From assembly GCA_963711255.1 (NCBI GenBank), contig CAVQDO010000019.1:83022-147021 (forward strand): 64,000 bases of DNA. Reading direction: 5' to 3'. A model generated the notes under the pieces. That model worked only from the letters and a program-made list of their open reading frames with translations, was not told where the DNA came from and ran no database searches. The position numbers and the translations under genes were made by a program. Origin of the DNA: an uncultured Gammaproteobacteria bacterium. GTDB taxonomy: Bacteria > Pseudomonadota > Gammaproteobacteria > SZUA-229. Shown here one piece after another: positions 53,354 through 62,265 of the stretch (position 1 is the first letter of the stretch; the number at the start of each line of letters is the position of its first letter).

Positions 53354-53398
53354 TTACTGATTACGTTATGATTAGTGATTAGTGATTAGTGATTATTT
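53343..53398. repeat. Heptamer microsatellite (tgattac)x3 ... (tgattag)x4
   Basis: Read directly: ctgattactgattactgattacgttatgattagtgattagtgattagtgatta; it overlaps the stop codon of the upstream ORF. Confidence 0.8.
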
Positions 53399-53445
53399 TA
53401 TTACACTGAATACTGCGGTTAGAATAATTTAACTGCAGTAACCGG

Positions 53446-54708
53446 TTACTGATCATCTTTTAGCAGGCGCTTCGCGATAAATTTCATTGTTGGCGCCTGA
53501 ACAAACAACGAAAACATCACCACGCCAAAAGCAATAGACTGTATCGTCCACCAGTAGTCCAGGCTGGTTGGCAGGGATAATGCCAGCGCCAGTGTTACCG
53601 CTCCACGCAAGCCACCCCATACCATTAACGTCTGCGATGCAAAAGAAACTTTCAGGTTTTTGCAAAAAGCAAATAATAACATCACACCGTAGACACTCAA
53701 TGCCCTTGCCACCAGCAAGGCAACAATAGCAATTAGCATTGCCAGCCAGCGCTGCTCAAACATATCTAAAGTGATAACTGCCCCCACTATAAGGAAGACA
53801 CTTATATTCGCAACGTGTGCGAGAACCTTCCAGAAATAAATATTCCCTGGTTCAACTGCGGCTTTCCGCTTCCCCGACACATCGGCCAGGCTGTCGCCAC
53901 TAAGCATCGAAAAACTTAAAGCGGCCAGCAAGGTCGCCATAACGCCTGAAACATGAAAGAACTCGGCCAGCAGGTAAGAGCCATAGGCAACGACAAGGCT
54001 AATCATCGCCCTGACAATTAATGGCTGCATAATTTTTTGAACATAACCAAAAAATAGTCCGACACAAAGCCCGGTAAAAGCGCCACCAAAAAATATCAAT
54101 AGAAAATCAAGAATTACTTGCAGCACTGATTGAAGGTTCGTAAATGTGGCATCAGAACCCGTCGCCATTGCCATCGATAAAAACACACCAAATAACACTA
54201 TGGCCGTCGCATCATTAAACAGACTCTCACCTTCAAGCAATACTGCCATTCTTTTTGGAGCCTTCATCTCACGAAGCTTGTCGACTACCGCTACGGGATC
54301 TGTTGCTGCCAGAATAGCCCCCGTTATTAATGCAGCCAACCACGGGAACCCGCTTTCATGGGCAATACCGTAAAACAATAATATAGCCGCAATAAAACAG
54401 GTAAATAGCATTGCAACAACTGCAAGAGACAGGATTACAATTACGTTCTCTTTTAACCGCTGTTTGTCTATGCTGAAGGCTGATTCGAAAACCAGTACAG
54501 GAATGAACACATAAAAAATTATAGACTGAAAATTATCTGAACGAATCCTGGTATCAATACCTGCGTAGATCACAAGCTCTGACGCAAGAAAACCCAGAAC
54601 CACAAGAACACTGGCATAAGGTAAACGAGTCCAGCGGGAGACCGGTTGCGCAATCAATGAAAGCGTTATAATCAGGACCAGCGCCAGCATGATATGTTCA
54701 ACGAGCAT
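53446..54708 (-). CDS. Na+/H+ exchanger, CPA1 (NhaP-type)
   Basis: 420 aa polytopic protein with NhaP-like motifs (ATDPVAV, FNDATAIVLF). Confidence 0.8.
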   Translation of the reverse strand: MLVEHIMLALVLIITLSLIAQPVSRWTRLPYASVLVVLGFLASELVIYAGIDTRIRSDNFQSIIFYVFIPVLVFESAFSIDKQRLKENVIVILSLAVVAMLFTCFIAAILLFYGIAHESGFPWLAALITGAILAATDPVAVVDKLREMKAPKRMAVLLEGESLFNDATAIVLFGVFLSMAMATGSDATFTNLQSVLQVILDFLLIFFGGAFTGLCVGLFFGYVQKIMQPLIVRAMISLVVAYGSYLLAEFFHVSGVMATLLAALSFSMLSGDSLADVSGKRKAAVEPGNIYFWKVLAHVANISVFLIVGAVITLDMFEQRWLAMLIAIVALLVARALSVYGVMLLFAFCKNLKVSFASQTLMVWGGLRGAVTLALALSLPTSLDYWWTIQSIAFGVVMFSLFVQAPTMKFIAKRLLKDDQ

Positions 54709-54785
54709 GGTGTTGTGACAAACTAACCTCTCATTAATTCAGATGACTGCGAGCAAAGACAACTAGCAGACGATATTGTTAGTGA

Positions 54786-56807
54786 TTAGCTCACCTGCTG
54801 CCACTCACGCCAGTCAGAATGGTTTTGCGCAATATGAAACAGGGCGGCGATCACATTACTGTCGTAGCGTGTATCAGCCTCTGACATAAGAATTTCAAGC
54901 ACTTCTTTAATAGGCTTACCTGATCGATAGGCCCTGGCACTGGTCATTGCAACAAAAGCATTGGCAACCGACAAGATCCGGGATTCCTGTAATATATCAT
55001 CGCCAGTAACCCCATTCGGGTAACCACTACCATCCAGGCTTTCATTCTTCTGTTCCACAATCTTAATCACCGGTCCGTCGAAGTCCAGATCTTTGAGTAT
55101 ATCGACGCTATAGTTAATATTTTTACGCAGCATCAATTCTTCTTCTTTGGTCAAAGGATCAACCATGGTTAGCATTTCAGCTGGAATATATAGCTTTCCA
55201 ATATTTGCCAGTAACGCTGCCATCGCTAGCGTATCAATACGTTGCTTGGGCAAACCCATCGCCGCTGCAACGGCAACCGCAACTTCACGCGTTCTACCCG
55301 AATGATTTATACAATGCGGGTCATGTTTATCAATAAGCTGTGCAAGCGTGGTAATAACGCCTTCCATCAAACGGTTATGCCTGCCCTGCGCATCTTTTAT
55401 TTCTGTTATGTCATGCATAACATACAGGTGTGACTGGTTGTAATCTGGATGCTTTAAAGCTATCACTGACACATGATAGTCATTGCGCTTATCTTTAAAT
55501 TCAAGGCGCATTTCTTTGTTGCGCACATTCGCCTCATCGTCATTCGGTTTTATCGAAAGCAGCTTATCGGTGATCTCTTTATTAAACACATGATTTAAAG
55601 ACTTGCCACGAACATCCGCATTATCAATAGCGAATGACTTCGCTAATGCATCATTGATAAATACCAGCTTACATTTATGATCTATTAAAAATATATGATC
55701 GTTAATACTATCGCCTATAGCGTTTAATAACTCTGCCCTGGCTTTCAAACGACGCGTTGCTTTTTGCAAATGTAAACTAGTTGCATGCCGCCATATCGCA
55801 ATAAAACTGATTGTTACAACAAATACAACCAGCAAAAACACAATCAGAATAAAATTTTGATGTGCTGACGATTCCGCCATCGCTTCGCCGATATCTATTT
55901 TTTGCACCAGCAGCATATCGGTATTTCGCAGGTTTCTTGCCGTTGCCAGCACCTCTGTCTGCCGATAATCTTTCAAACTGGAAAATTCACCTACCCTTGC
56001 AGCCACAACAGATGCCGCACTGCTGGATCGTGCCTGTTTATGAAACACATTAAAACCATGCTTCAACGGGCTAAGATAATTAATACTGTTTTCATCGAGC
56101 TTAACCAGTAGTGTTTCTTCGCTACTGGTCGATATCCATTCCTTCAACAGTAATTGATACAGACTGTTCTCCGGATTAATAACAGCAACCACTGCGCCCT
56201 TATAATCACCGGAACCAAGCGATTGAACCGAACTTACGGGCACCACAATAATTAAACGCGGCTGGCTGCCGCCATTATCTGCCGCACCAAAATCACGTAT
56301 ATCAGAAATAACGATTTTCTGATTTTCCATGGCATGGGCATATGCCTTGTTTACTTCATCGTTATCGGGGAAATATCTTGTTGCCAGCAAAATACTGCTG
56401 CCATTAAAAACCGCGATGCCGTCATTTATACCATTTACAACTTCATTATTAATTTTATTAATTGGCGTAAAAACATTTGCATAATCTGCTGTCGCATTTA
56501 GCAGGTTTTTCAAATGACCCAGTTGACCACGACTGGTTTCATCAGCGGGCACATCGTTGAAATGAGACTGGCTAACAAAAATCTGCAACAGCGGATTATT
56601 CGCCAGGGAACTTAAAACATCCAGCTGCGCATCAAACCAGTCTTCGACAGAAGACTGTTGTGACTCAGCCATGATGGCCAGGCGCGCCTGCCAGTCATTC
56701 AGATCTCGCTGCTTTTCAGCAGACACATATTTAAATACCAGCCAGGTACTGCCGCCAATAAATAATAACAGTAAAATAAATGCAATAAGCGCCGGTTTAT
56801 TCTTCAC
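54786..56807 (-). CDS. Membrane sensor HD-GYP c-di-GMP phosphodiesterase (TM-periplasmic ~300 aa-TM-PAS-HD-GYP)
   Basis: HD motif (KHDPHCINHSGR) and GYP motif (LDGSGYPNG); two TM segments flank a large periplasmic domain. Confidence 0.8.
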   Translation of the reverse strand: MKNKPALIAFILLLLFIGGSTWLVFKYVSAEKQRDLNDWQARLAIMAESQQSSVEDWFDAQLDVLSSLANNPLLQIFVSQSHFNDVPADETSRGQLGHLKNLLNATADYANVFTPINKINNEVVNGINDGIAVFNGSSILLATRYFPDNDEVNKAYAHAMENQKIVISDIRDFGAADNGGSQPRLIIVVPVSSVQSLGSGDYKGAVVAVINPENSLYQLLLKEWISTSSEETLLVKLDENSINYLSPLKHGFNVFHKQARSSSAASVVAARVGEFSSLKDYRQTEVLATARNLRNTDMLLVQKIDIGEAMAESSAHQNFILIVFLLVVFVVTISFIAIWRHATSLHLQKATRRLKARAELLNAIGDSINDHIFLIDHKCKLVFINDALAKSFAIDNADVRGKSLNHVFNKEITDKLLSIKPNDDEANVRNKEMRLEFKDKRNDYHVSVIALKHPDYNQSHLYVMHDITEIKDAQGRHNRLMEGVITTLAQLIDKHDPHCINHSGRTREVAVAVAAAMGLPKQRIDTLAMAALLANIGKLYIPAEMLTMVDPLTKEEELMLRKNINYSVDILKDLDFDGPVIKIVEQKNESLDGSGYPNGVTGDDILQESRILSVANAFVAMTSARAYRSGKPIKEVLEILMSEADTRYDSNVIAALFHIAQNHSDWREWQQVS

Positions 56808-56845
56808 AATACACCCGTGTAAAACACTCGTTAATATATAAAACG

Positions 56846-57487
56846 CTAATTAGGAACATGCATCCACCAGTTACCTTCATTTACCGAGTAAACAGGCACG
56901 TAATGATAGATATCTAAATGTGATATAACTTCTTCTATCTGATTATCGAGTATAAGGATATCATTCTTATTTTGAATGGCCATTATAGCGTGAGGAATTC
57001 TCAAATTAGTATCCTGAACTACCACCACGCGCATACTTTTTACATCGACACCCAGCCATTTCATCGATAACATTTTAATAATGGCATAATCCTCGCAGTC
57101 ACCATTATTCACCAGAAACTCCTTTGGCGTCGCCCAGTAGTCAACTATCCCGTAATTTTCAATATCCAGAATATATTCCTTTTCATTGGCGTATTTATTT
57201 ACCTGCTTAATTTGCTGTAAAAGCGGAAGCGACTTTATATTTTCCAGAAAGCGCTGCCACTGTCTTAGGTGGCATTGATTAAACTGTGTCGATTGACAGG
57301 ATTTAGAATCGCTCAAATTCAGCACCTGGCGTTCAAGTACCGACAGCCATTGAGGAAACAGCGTTAGATCCTGCTTTTGAATTTCCTGATAACCAAATAA
57401 ACTGGAGGGCGTTGTATTGGCTGACCAGGCGGGGGAATTTGTCAGCAGCAACCATGTAATTATTATAGGGAGCGATTTTTTAGCCAT
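56846..57487 (-). CDS. Periplasmic bacterial transglutaminase-like cysteine proteinase (BTLCP, LapG-like)
   Basis: Signal peptide and the catalytic Cys motif NGDCEDYAIIK, with downstream His and Asp. Confidence 0.7.
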   Translation of the reverse strand: MAKKSLPIIITWLLLTNSPAWSANTTPSSLFGYQEIQKQDLTLFPQWLSVLERQVLNLSDSKSCQSTQFNQCHLRQWQRFLENIKSLPLLQQIKQVNKYANEKEYILDIENYGIVDYWATPKEFLVNNGDCEDYAIIKMLSMKWLGVDVKSMRVVVVQDTNLRIPHAIMAIQNKNDILILDNQIEEVISHLDIYHYVPVYSVNEGNWWMHVPN

Positions 57488-57537
57488 TGGCAGGTATAAT
57501 ACGCAACTTGTTCACATCCTGCACTACTTAGTTTTCC

Positions 57538-58833
57538 ATGACAAATAAAAACCATAAACCTGTTTCTTTACTCGCACTATTGCTTTCGCTGACATGCTAC
57601 ACCAACATCGCCTATGCTGCTGAAACGCCCGCTAACACAGAACTTTCAGATGAAGACGCTCAGCTGCTCTTCGAGCTTGCAATGGAGCAGCGTGACAGTG
57701 GAAAGATTTACACTGCGATAGAAAAATTTGAAGACATATTGAATCGTCGACCGTCACTTAATCGTGCACGACTGGAACTCGCTGTTAGCTATCACCGTGC
57801 CAGCCAATATGATAAAGCGCTAGCTCAATTTCAAGCTGTCCTGGACAACCCCGACACACCTGAAAAAGTTCGCCTCGCTATACTGGCCTATCTTGGACAG
57901 CTGACCAGCGACGAACTCAAACCTGCATCTGACAACAGCTTTTCATACTATACAAAAGCCGGCCTGTTATATAACAGCAACATTAACTTCGCACCATTAA
58001 GAGGAAGCGTCGAATACAACATACCGGACGGAAAGGACACAGCCTCCCCCGGACTGGACACCTTCTTCAGCGCCTCGCATCGTTACCGTGACAACAGGCC
58101 GTTTAATGTTGACGGCGCCGCCACGCATTTTGAATGGCAAAGCCAGCTATCCTGGACAGGCAACAACTACACACGCCAGAGTGATTACAATGTCAACACC
58201 CTTAGCGCCAGTACCGGCCCGGCATTTATTTCAACCGGCAGATGGCGCGGCGCGATCAACCTGCAAATCGACCAGACATTTTTTGGTAACTCAACGCTGG
58301 GCACCTTCACTTCGATCAACCCGCTGATTACTTTTGACCTGGGCAATTACCGCGGTGTTACCGTGGAAGCCTCCTACTCGAATAACGACTTCGCGCGCAG
58401 CGAAGACCAGGGACGCGATGGTAACAGCCTGCTGGCCGGCGCGGCATACTCAACCCTACTGGGCGGAGTTGATAATGGCCTTGAGACCGGTTTTCGCCTG
58501 ATGAAACAGACCGCTGATGACGACCAGTATGGCTTCGACCGGGGAGAAATTTATTTCGGCGGGTTTGCCGGCTATGACCCGAAAAGCAGTTTTTACCTGA
58601 ACATCAATTTCAAACAATATAAGTTTGACGCGGCCGATATCGTTTCAGGGACTGTCAGGGATGAAATAGAAAGCCTTTATACCATTGGTTACAATCGTGA
58701 TATTTCCGAAGGTTTGCTGGAAGGCTGGTCACTGAACACACACATTTCATTCACTAAAAACAATTCAAATGTTGATGCGTTTAGCTATGAGCGGACTCTG
58801 TTAGCCGTTAATCTGGCCCGTTATTTTATCTAA
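57538..58833 (+). CDS. TPR-containing outer-membrane beta-barrel protein (DUF560/Slam-like or BTLCP-operon TPR partner)
   Basis: Signal peptide, N-terminal TPR-like helices, C-terminal beta-strand-rich region ending in aromatic YFI. Confidence 0.5.
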   Translation: MTNKNHKPVSLLALLLSLTCYTNIAYAAETPANTELSDEDAQLLFELAMEQRDSGKIYTAIEKFEDILNRRPSLNRARLELAVSYHRASQYDKALAQFQAVLDNPDTPEKVRLAILAYLGQLTSDELKPASDNSFSYYTKAGLLYNSNINFAPLRGSVEYNIPDGKDTASPGLDTFFSASHRYRDNRPFNVDGAATHFEWQSQLSWTGNNYTRQSDYNVNTLSASTGPAFISTGRWRGAINLQIDQTFFGNSTLGTFTSINPLITFDLGNYRGVTVEASYSNNDFARSEDQGRDGNSLLAGAAYSTLLGGVDNGLETGFRLMKQTADDDQYGFDRGEIYFGGFAGYDPKSSFYLNINFKQYKFDAADIVSGTVRDEIESLYTIGYNRDISEGLLEGWSLNTHISFTKNNSNVDAFSYERTLLAVNLARYFI

Positions 58834-59373
58834 AGCCGAAAACCTATACTCTTGTTTACAGAATAAATTAGATTTCTGTCAGAAAATTGCCACATTGTGT
58901 AAATATTACCAACACTTAAGTTTGATTAAAAACTAACCATTTTCGCAATTACTGCATAAAAAATAATCAAAACCACTTCCAAGTGTAAGATTAACCGAAA
59001 AGTGTCGAGATTCATTACATCAAGAAGGTTGCTTCAGTTTTTCGCCATGTCAGAGTCTGTCGGCAACCCTATTAAAACTTTATAACCCCTTGATAGATAA
59101 CTGCTTTGCGACAATAGTAGAGTATAATGATCAGGCGGAAGTACTGTATACAGATGACAGCAAAGTCTTTAAATATTTGAACATAAGCATATAATTAATA
59201 AAATTCTTTACAGTAGTTAACATTAGCCGACGTAATTATGGCTGCAGCAACAGCTAAATCAGCTTATAATAAATTACTCAGGCGTAAGTTATTGATATAA
59301 TAACGCATGCTTTTCGATGGCACGAATTATGCATCATATAATTTGATATTAATTGGTATGTTGTTTAAATAAA

Positions 59374-59808
59374 ATGAACAAAAATATAGTTACTTTAAAA
59401 ATGCCAGCTCTGCTGACTTCAGGCTTATTGCTTGTTTCACTATCACTGGTATTTTCATCCGGCAGTGTAGCGGCCCAGGACGCTACCCCTGAGGACATCG
59501 CGGCCCAGAAAAGTGAAGCAACCGCTTTCGTTGACTCCGTTCATGAATGGGGCGCATGGGGACTTGATATTGAACCTGCCGCAGGTGGTATCCAGCCACA
59601 ATCAACTGGCCCGTTAAATGCGCGTGGCAGTAAACTATCACTGCGCACAAACAGTATTGCGGCACTGGCACCGAAACGTCCGCCAGTTCCGATCAACAAC
59701 CCTCCACAACCAACACCTGTAGCCCCACCGGAAATACCGGTAACGCCTCCGCCTCCGCCACCACCAGTAACACCCCCTGTTGGCGGACCGACTGATGGCT
59801 TATTTTAA
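59374..59808 (+). CDS. Secreted proline-rich protein
   Basis: Signal peptide, then a PPQPTPVAPPEIPVTPPPPPPPVTPPVGGP tail. Confidence 0.45.
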   Translation: MNKNIVTLKMPALLTSGLLLVSLSLVFSSGSVAAQDATPEDIAAQKSEATAFVDSVHEWGAWGLDIEPAAGGIQPQSTGPLNARGSKLSLRTNSIAALAPKRPPVPINNPPQPTPVAPPEIPVTPPPPPPPVTPPVGGPTDGLF

Positions 59809-59822
59809 ATAGTGAGACAATT

Positions 59823-60537
59823 ATGAAAAACACATACTTATATGCTTTATTCGTGATTACAGCTGCATTCAACACTGCACAGGCAGCCACTATCTTTGAA
59901 ATACAGGCTGACGTCGCGGTATACGCAAATGCTGTAACCGACAAAACAGGTATTTATTACGATCAGTCCTTCACTGGCTTTGCGTCGTCGACACCTGCCA
60001 CATTCAGCCAGTTAAATACCAGCTTATCCGGTGGCGACCTGACAACATATGGCTGGACACCAAACGCACATCTACCCTCACGTTAATGTGCCCGGCGAGC
60101 AACCTGTAGGCAACTCATATATCGATCTTGGCTTTAGCGGCAACATCTACAATGGTGATGGTGTTGACCTGGTTCTATTTTTTGCAGGCAACGGAACGAA
60201 CCTATCAACAGGCACATTTGACTATAATTTTTCTGTTGATATCGGCGCCGATGATTCTATCGAAGCATCAAATATCGGTGTAATTAGCAGCTCAACATCC
60301 AGCATTTACGGCGATCGTTTCTTCGCCTCTTACGCGATGATTGACCTCGATGACTTTGGCTTTGATCAGCATACTGCGCTGGGTGATATCAGAATTCATC
60401 TGGGTGATATCAGCATGCCAGCCCTGGCCGCCGTCGGCGCCTATCACACGACTGCTGTGCCACTGCCAGCAAGCCTCGTATTATTCGGTTCTGGCCTGAC
60501 ACTTCTTTCTCTATTTAGAAGAAAGCCACAGGCATAA
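59823..60537 (+). pseudogene. PEP-CTERM (exosortase-sorted) secreted protein interrupted by a frameshift near 60050-60086
   Basis: Signal peptide MKNTYLYALFVITAAFNTAQA opens an ORF that stops at 60086; the downstream ORF in another frame ends in the PEP-CTERM signature VPLPASLVLFGSGLTLLSLFRRK. Confidence 0.5.
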
Positions 60538-60634
60538 TCCTGGACTAATACCGGCCTGATCCAGCTCTGCCCTGGAACCAGCTCTAGCGCCCCGACTTTG
60601 CAATGATTATTTCACTGTAATAGACGGGGCGCTT

Positions 60635-60643
60635 TGGTATAAT
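60635..60643 (+). promoter_or_regulatory. Candidate extended -10 element (TGgTATAAT) for the PP-loop/TusA operon
   Basis: tggtataat lies 31 bp upstream of the ATG; no convincing -35. Confidence 0.3.
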
Positions 60644-60673
60644 AGGGGTTCACTTCCAAACCTTTTTAGCGCT

Positions 60674-61717
60674 ATGTCACAACAACGTAAAGCTGTCGCC
60701 CTCATCTCGGGTGGCCTTGATTCATTACTCGCCGCCAAATTACTGATTGATCAGGGCGTCCATGTTGAAGGCATTAATTTTTATACGGGCTTCTGTGTCG
60801 AAGGCCACACTCATGCGATACGCAAAAAAGACAAGGCTAAACCGAAACGCAACAATGCATTATGGAGCGCGGAACAGCTTGGCATAAAGCTGCACATCAT
60901 CGATATTATCGACGAGTATAAAGATGTGCTGATTAACCCCAAGCACGGTTACGGCGCAAACATGAACCCCTGCCTGGACTGTAAAATATTCATGGTCGGA
61001 AAAGCCAAACAGTGGATGGATGAAAACGGCTTCGACTTCATCATTACGGGTGAAGTTATAGGCCAGCGCCCTATGTCACAGCGCAAAAACCTGCTACCTG
61101 TTGTGGTACGAGAATCTGGTGCTGATGACCGCCTGCTGAGACCGCTTTGTGCAAAAAACCTTGCTGTGACACTGCCAGAGCGAGAAGGCTGGGTGGACCG
61201 TGAAAAACTAAAAAATTTCGGTGGACGTAACCGTAAACCACAAATGGCACTGGCTGCTGAATTTGGTTTTGATGACTATGCAACACCAGCTGGTGGCTGC
61301 TGCTTCCTTACCGACAAAAGCTATTCAGATAAACTGGTAGATTTATGGCAGGCGAGAAATAAAAAGGATTACGAGCTCGACGATATTATGCTGCTGAAAG
61401 TCGGCCGACATTTACGTCCTGAGCCACATTACAAATTGATCGTCAGCCGTGAAGACGGCGAAAATAAATTCCTGCAGGGATACCGTAAGCACTTTACCAC
61501 CATTGAAATCAAAAGCCATAACGGCCCGTTAACTTTAGTTGACGGTGAATTAAGCGATGAAGATATGAAATTTGCATCACGAATCGCTGCGCGCTTTAGC
61601 CAGGGGCGTGACGCAGAAAGCGTCAGCGTTAAAGTAACGCGGCCTGGCGGTGAAGAGCAGCAGTTCGACATTCCGCCGTTACCGGTTTCCGAAATAAAGC
61701 AGGAATGGTATGTATGA
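60674..61717 (+). CDS. PP-loop ATP pyrophosphatase of the tRNA-thiolation family (MnmA/ThiI-like)
   Basis: SGGLDS PP-loop at the N-terminus, NPCLDCK and GGCCFLT Cys motifs; translationally coupled to a TusA gene. Confidence 0.55.
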   Translation: MSQQRKAVALISGGLDSLLAAKLLIDQGVHVEGINFYTGFCVEGHTHAIRKKDKAKPKRNNALWSAEQLGIKLHIIDIIDEYKDVLINPKHGYGANMNPCLDCKIFMVGKAKQWMDENGFDFIITGEVIGQRPMSQRKNLLPVVVRESGADDRLLRPLCAKNLAVTLPEREGWVDREKLKNFGGRNRKPQMALAAEFGFDDYATPAGGCCFLTDKSYSDKLVDLWQARNKKDYELDDIMLLKVGRHLRPEPHYKLIVSREDGENKFLQGYRKHFTTIEIKSHNGPLTLVDGELSDEDMKFASRIAARFSQGRDAESVSVKVTRPGGEEQQFDIPPLPVSEIKQEWYV

Positions 61718-61944
61718 GCCACCATACACTCGACGCGCGCAACTCCCTTTGCCCGATGCCTGTCATAAAAACACAAGACGTGGTTAAAGAATTAAAGACC
61801 GGCGATACGCTTGAAGTAACCTGCACAGATCCTGGCGCACTCAATGACATCCCTGCCTGGTGCAGAATTAACGGCCACACTGTTCTGGAGCAAAGCGAAA
61901 ATAATGGGGAAGTTATTATCCTGGTTCAGGTTAACAACGAATAA
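61705..61944 (+). CDS. TusA-family sulfur carrier protein
   Basis: CPMP active-site motif (LDARNSLCPMPVIKT), 79 aa. Confidence 0.7.
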   Translation: MVCMSHHTLDARNSLCPMPVIKTQDVVKELKTGDTLEVTCTDPGALNDIPAWCRINGHTVLEQSENNGEVIILVQVNNE

Positions 61945-61967
61945 GCAAACATATTATGCTTTTCAGC

Positions 61968-62174
61968 TTACACGGAAAGCAGCGGCACCAGAAACTGGTT
62001 AGAGACAAGATAATCACCACCGGTGCGAAATGTTACCAGTGAAATACCATGATTACTGACACGCTTTAACTCGACAATCTGGCCGGTATGAGTCAGCCTG
62101 GCTTTAGCGCCAGGTTTTAATAACGATTCTGCTTTAACTTTATAACTTCCCTGTGCTATCGATTGTAATAACAT
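61968..62174 (-). CDS. Small conserved protein, paralog of 48813..48992
   Basis: Shares the GQIVELKRVSNHGISLVTFRTGGDYL core with the other copy. Confidence 0.45.
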   Translation of the reverse strand: MLLQSIAQGSYKVKAESLLKPGAKARLTHTGQIVELKRVSNHGISLVTFRTGGDYLVSNQFLVPLLSV

Positions 62175-62265
62175 TTAATTTCTCTTTTTTTACATTTAGT
62201 TAACACCCGGGGCATCCTGCCGCAGGTATTAATATTTAACGACTACTCTTTATACCTTAGCAAAT

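Noticed and set aside
60587-60632. Hairpin agcgcccc ... ggggcgct upstream of the PP-loop gene as a terminator or riboswitch
   Set aside because: The loop is about 33 nt and there is no T-run. It more likely lies within a promoter region, and the evidence is insufficient.
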